Under the pieces are notes generated by a model that saw only the letters and a list, made by a program, of their open reading frames with translations, had not been told where the DNA came from and searched no databases. From contig JAVHPS010000466.1 in NCBI GenBank assembly GCA_036170715.1, positions 1-60,035 of the forward strand: 60,035 bases of DNA. Reading direction: 5' to 3'. Source of the DNA: Rhodoferax sp. Lineage in GTDB: Bacteria > Pseudomonadota > Gammaproteobacteria > Burkholderiales > Burkholderiaceae_C. Shown one piece after another: positions 58,114 through 60,035 of the stretch. The position numbers and the translations under genes were made by a program. Numbering within the stretch: the stretch's first letter is position 1; every line of letters starts with the position of its first letter.

Positions 58114-59838
58114 ATGAAAGATCAGGCCCAGCAACTCTGGCTGCAATCGGCCCAGCAATTCCAGCAAACCATGACCGATGGCTGGAGCAAAGCGTTTGAA
58201 TCTTTTCAAAACATGGACCTGGGTGCAGCCTCTGCCCGCCTGACGGCTCCCACGGTCAAGCCGCCTCAGATCAAGTTTGCACCCGAAAAACTGCAGGCCT
58301 TGCAGCAGCACTACCTGCAGGCTGCAACCGAGCTCTGGGCTACCGGTTTGCAAGGCGGTATCCAGGTTCATGACCGGCGTTTTGCCAATGAAGCCTGGGC
58401 GGCCAACCCGGCTGCGGCTTTTGCAGCAGCGGCTTATTTGCTTAACGCGAAAACACTCACGCAGATGGCCGACGCGGTTGAGACCGATGCCAAAACCCGG
58501 GCCCGCATTCGCTTTGCCGTGGAGCAACTCACGGCCGCAGCCGCACCCAGCAACTTTTTGGCGTTGAACGCCGAGGCCCAGCAAAAAGCGCTGGAGACTC
58601 AGGGCGAAAGCATTGCCAAAGGCATTCAAAACCTGCTGCATGACTTGCAGCAGGGTCATGTGTCCATGACCGACGAAAGCATTTTTGAAGTTGGCAAAAA
58701 CGTGGCCACCACCGAGGGCGCGGTGGTGTTCCAGAATGACCTGTTTCAGCTGATTGAATACAAACCGCTCACGGCCAAGGTGTATGAAAAACCGTTTTTG
58801 CTGGTACCACCCTGCATCAACAAGTTCTACATTCTGGATCTGCAACCCGACAACTCCCTGATCCGCTATGCCGTCTCGCAAGGTCACCGTACCTTTGTCG
58901 TGAGCTGGCGCAACCCGGATGCGTCCCTGGCCAACAAAACCTGGGACAACTACGTGGAAGATGCGGTCATCAAAGCCATCAGCGTGACACAAGACATTTG
59001 TGCGGCCAAGAGCATCAATGCACTGGGTTTTTGCGTCGGTGGCACCATGCTGGGCTGCGCCCTGGCGGTGCTGGCGGCGCGTGGTCAAAAGCCGGTGGCC
59101 AGTGCCACGTTGCTCACCTCCATGCTCGACTTTGCCGACACTGGCGTGCTGGATGTGTTCATTGACGAAGCGTTTGTGCAATACCGCGAGAAAGAAATGG
59201 GTCAGGGCGGCCTGATGAAGGGCAAAGACCTGGCCATGACCTTCAGCTTTTTGCGACCCAACGATTTGGTCTGGAACTACGTGGTGGGCAACTACCTCAA
59301 GGGCGAAACCCCGCCGCCGTTTGACCTGCTGTACTGGAACAGCGACAGCACCAACCTGCCTGGGCCTTATTACGCCTGGTATTTGCGCAACACGTACCTT
59401 GAAAACAAACTCACCAAGCCCGGCCAAGCCACCGTGTGCGGAGAAAAAATTGACTTGAACCTGGTGGACATGCCGGTGTACATCTATGGCTCGCGCGAAG
59501 ACCACATCGTGCCGATTGGCGGGGCCTATGCGTCCACCCAATACCTGCCCGGTAAAAAGCGTTTTGTCATGGGGGCATCCGGTCACATTGCCGGTGTCAT
59601 CAACCCGCCGGCCAAAGGCAAACGCAGCCACTGGATTCGCGGCGACGGCAAGCTGCCCCCAACCCTTGACCAATGGCTTGCCGGAGCCAAGGAGCACCCG
59701 GGCAGCTGGTGGACCGATTGGTCAACCTGGCTGGCCGCGCAGGCCGGCAAGCAAATCACTGCACCCAAGACCTACGGCAAAGGCAAATACAAGGCCATCG
59801 AGCCCGCGCCAGGCAGCTATGTCAAGGTCAAGGCTTAA
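58114..59838 (+). CDS. phaC: Class I poly(3-hydroxyalkanoate) synthase
   Basis: PPCINKFYILDL, lipase-like box GFCVG, DLLYWNSD, EDHIVP, SGHIAG and GSWW. Confidence 0.97.
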   Translation: MKDQAQQLWLQSAQQFQQTMTDGWSKAFESFQNMDLGAASARLTAPTVKPPQIKFAPEKLQALQQHYLQAATELWATGLQGGIQVHDRRFANEAWAANPAAAFAAAAYLLNAKTLTQMADAVETDAKTRARIRFAVEQLTAAAAPSNFLALNAEAQQKALETQGESIAKGIQNLLHDLQQGHVSMTDESIFEVGKNVATTEGAVVFQNDLFQLIEYKPLTAKVYEKPFLLVPPCINKFYILDLQPDNSLIRYAVSQGHRTFVVSWRNPDASLANKTWDNYVEDAVIKAISVTQDICAAKSINALGFCVGGTMLGCALAVLAARGQKPVASATLLTSMLDFADTGVLDVFIDEAFVQYREKEMGQGGLMKGKDLAMTFSFLRPNDLVWNYVVGNYLKGETPPPFDLLYWNSDSTNLPGPYYAWYLRNTYLENKLTKPGQATVCGEKIDLNLVDMPVYIYGSREDHIVPIGGAYASTQYLPGKKRFVMGASGHIAGVINPPAKGKRSHWIRGDGKLPPTLDQWLAGAKEHPGSWWTDWSTWLAAQAGKQITAPKTYGKGKYKAIEPAPGSYVKVKA

Positions 59839-59881
59839 AATTTTTTTGGTTCATTTTTAACAAAGTCACAGGAGACAACAC

Positions 59882-60035
59882 ATGCAAGAGATCGTTATCG
59901 TTTCAGCCGCACGCACCGCCGTGGGCAAATTTGGTGGTTCGCTGGCCAAAATTGCGGCCCCCGACCTGGGCGCGACCGTCATCAAGGCCTTGCTGGCCAA
60001 GACCGGTGTCGGCGCGGACCAAATTGGTGAAGTTA
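59882..60035 (+). CDS. phaA: Acetyl-CoA acetyltransferase (beta-ketothiolase), 5' part
   Basis: MQEIVIVSAARTAVGKFGGSL after an AGGAG SD, directly downstream of phaC; runs off the window end. Confidence 0.9.
   Translation, partial: MQEIVIVSAARTAVGKFGGSLAKIAAPDLGATVIKALLAKTGVGADQIGEV

Noticed and set aside
1220-58342. Other GGGCTA/TAGCCC hexamers (e.g. 1220, 1723, 7117, 12797, 14734, 24095, 35511, 37744, 43172, 58337)
   Set aside because: Checked by eye; none has the AGC-ended AT-rich dyad 20 bp away, so they are background.

Overview
GC-rich betaproteobacterial chromosome segment; gene content and order point to Comamonadaceae, probably Rhodoferax-like (inference). It is mostly core housekeeping: panE (partial), a lone heparinase II/III-family lyase, the AI-2E/hda/HAD/pcnB/folK block, an MCP, RidA, a transglutaminase / circularly permuted ATP-grasp + alpha-E cluster split by a ProQ/FinO gene, ygfZ-mltG-tmk-holB-pilZ-tatD, a MocR-linked putrescine uptake/catabolism operon, aceA, thrS-infC-rpmI-rplT-pheST-ihfA-(REC-GGDEF)-merR-tRNA-Pro, dinG, a candidate AbrB/RelE-like toxin-antitoxin pair, a DEDDh+GIY-YIG nuclease, ycaO, pgeF, a CoA transferase and phaC-phaA. 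The most striking unexplained signal is a dispersed ~55-bp AT-rich element of fixed geometry: GCTAY-N7-RTAGC, exactly 20 bp, GGGCTA, then an A/T tract. I found 14 copies by eye (13 with exact spacing) on both strands. Six lie inside intact conserved genes in three reading registers and three overlap stop codons. No transposase, integrase, prophage or CRISPR array was seen. All product calls come from recognising motifs; no database searches were run.
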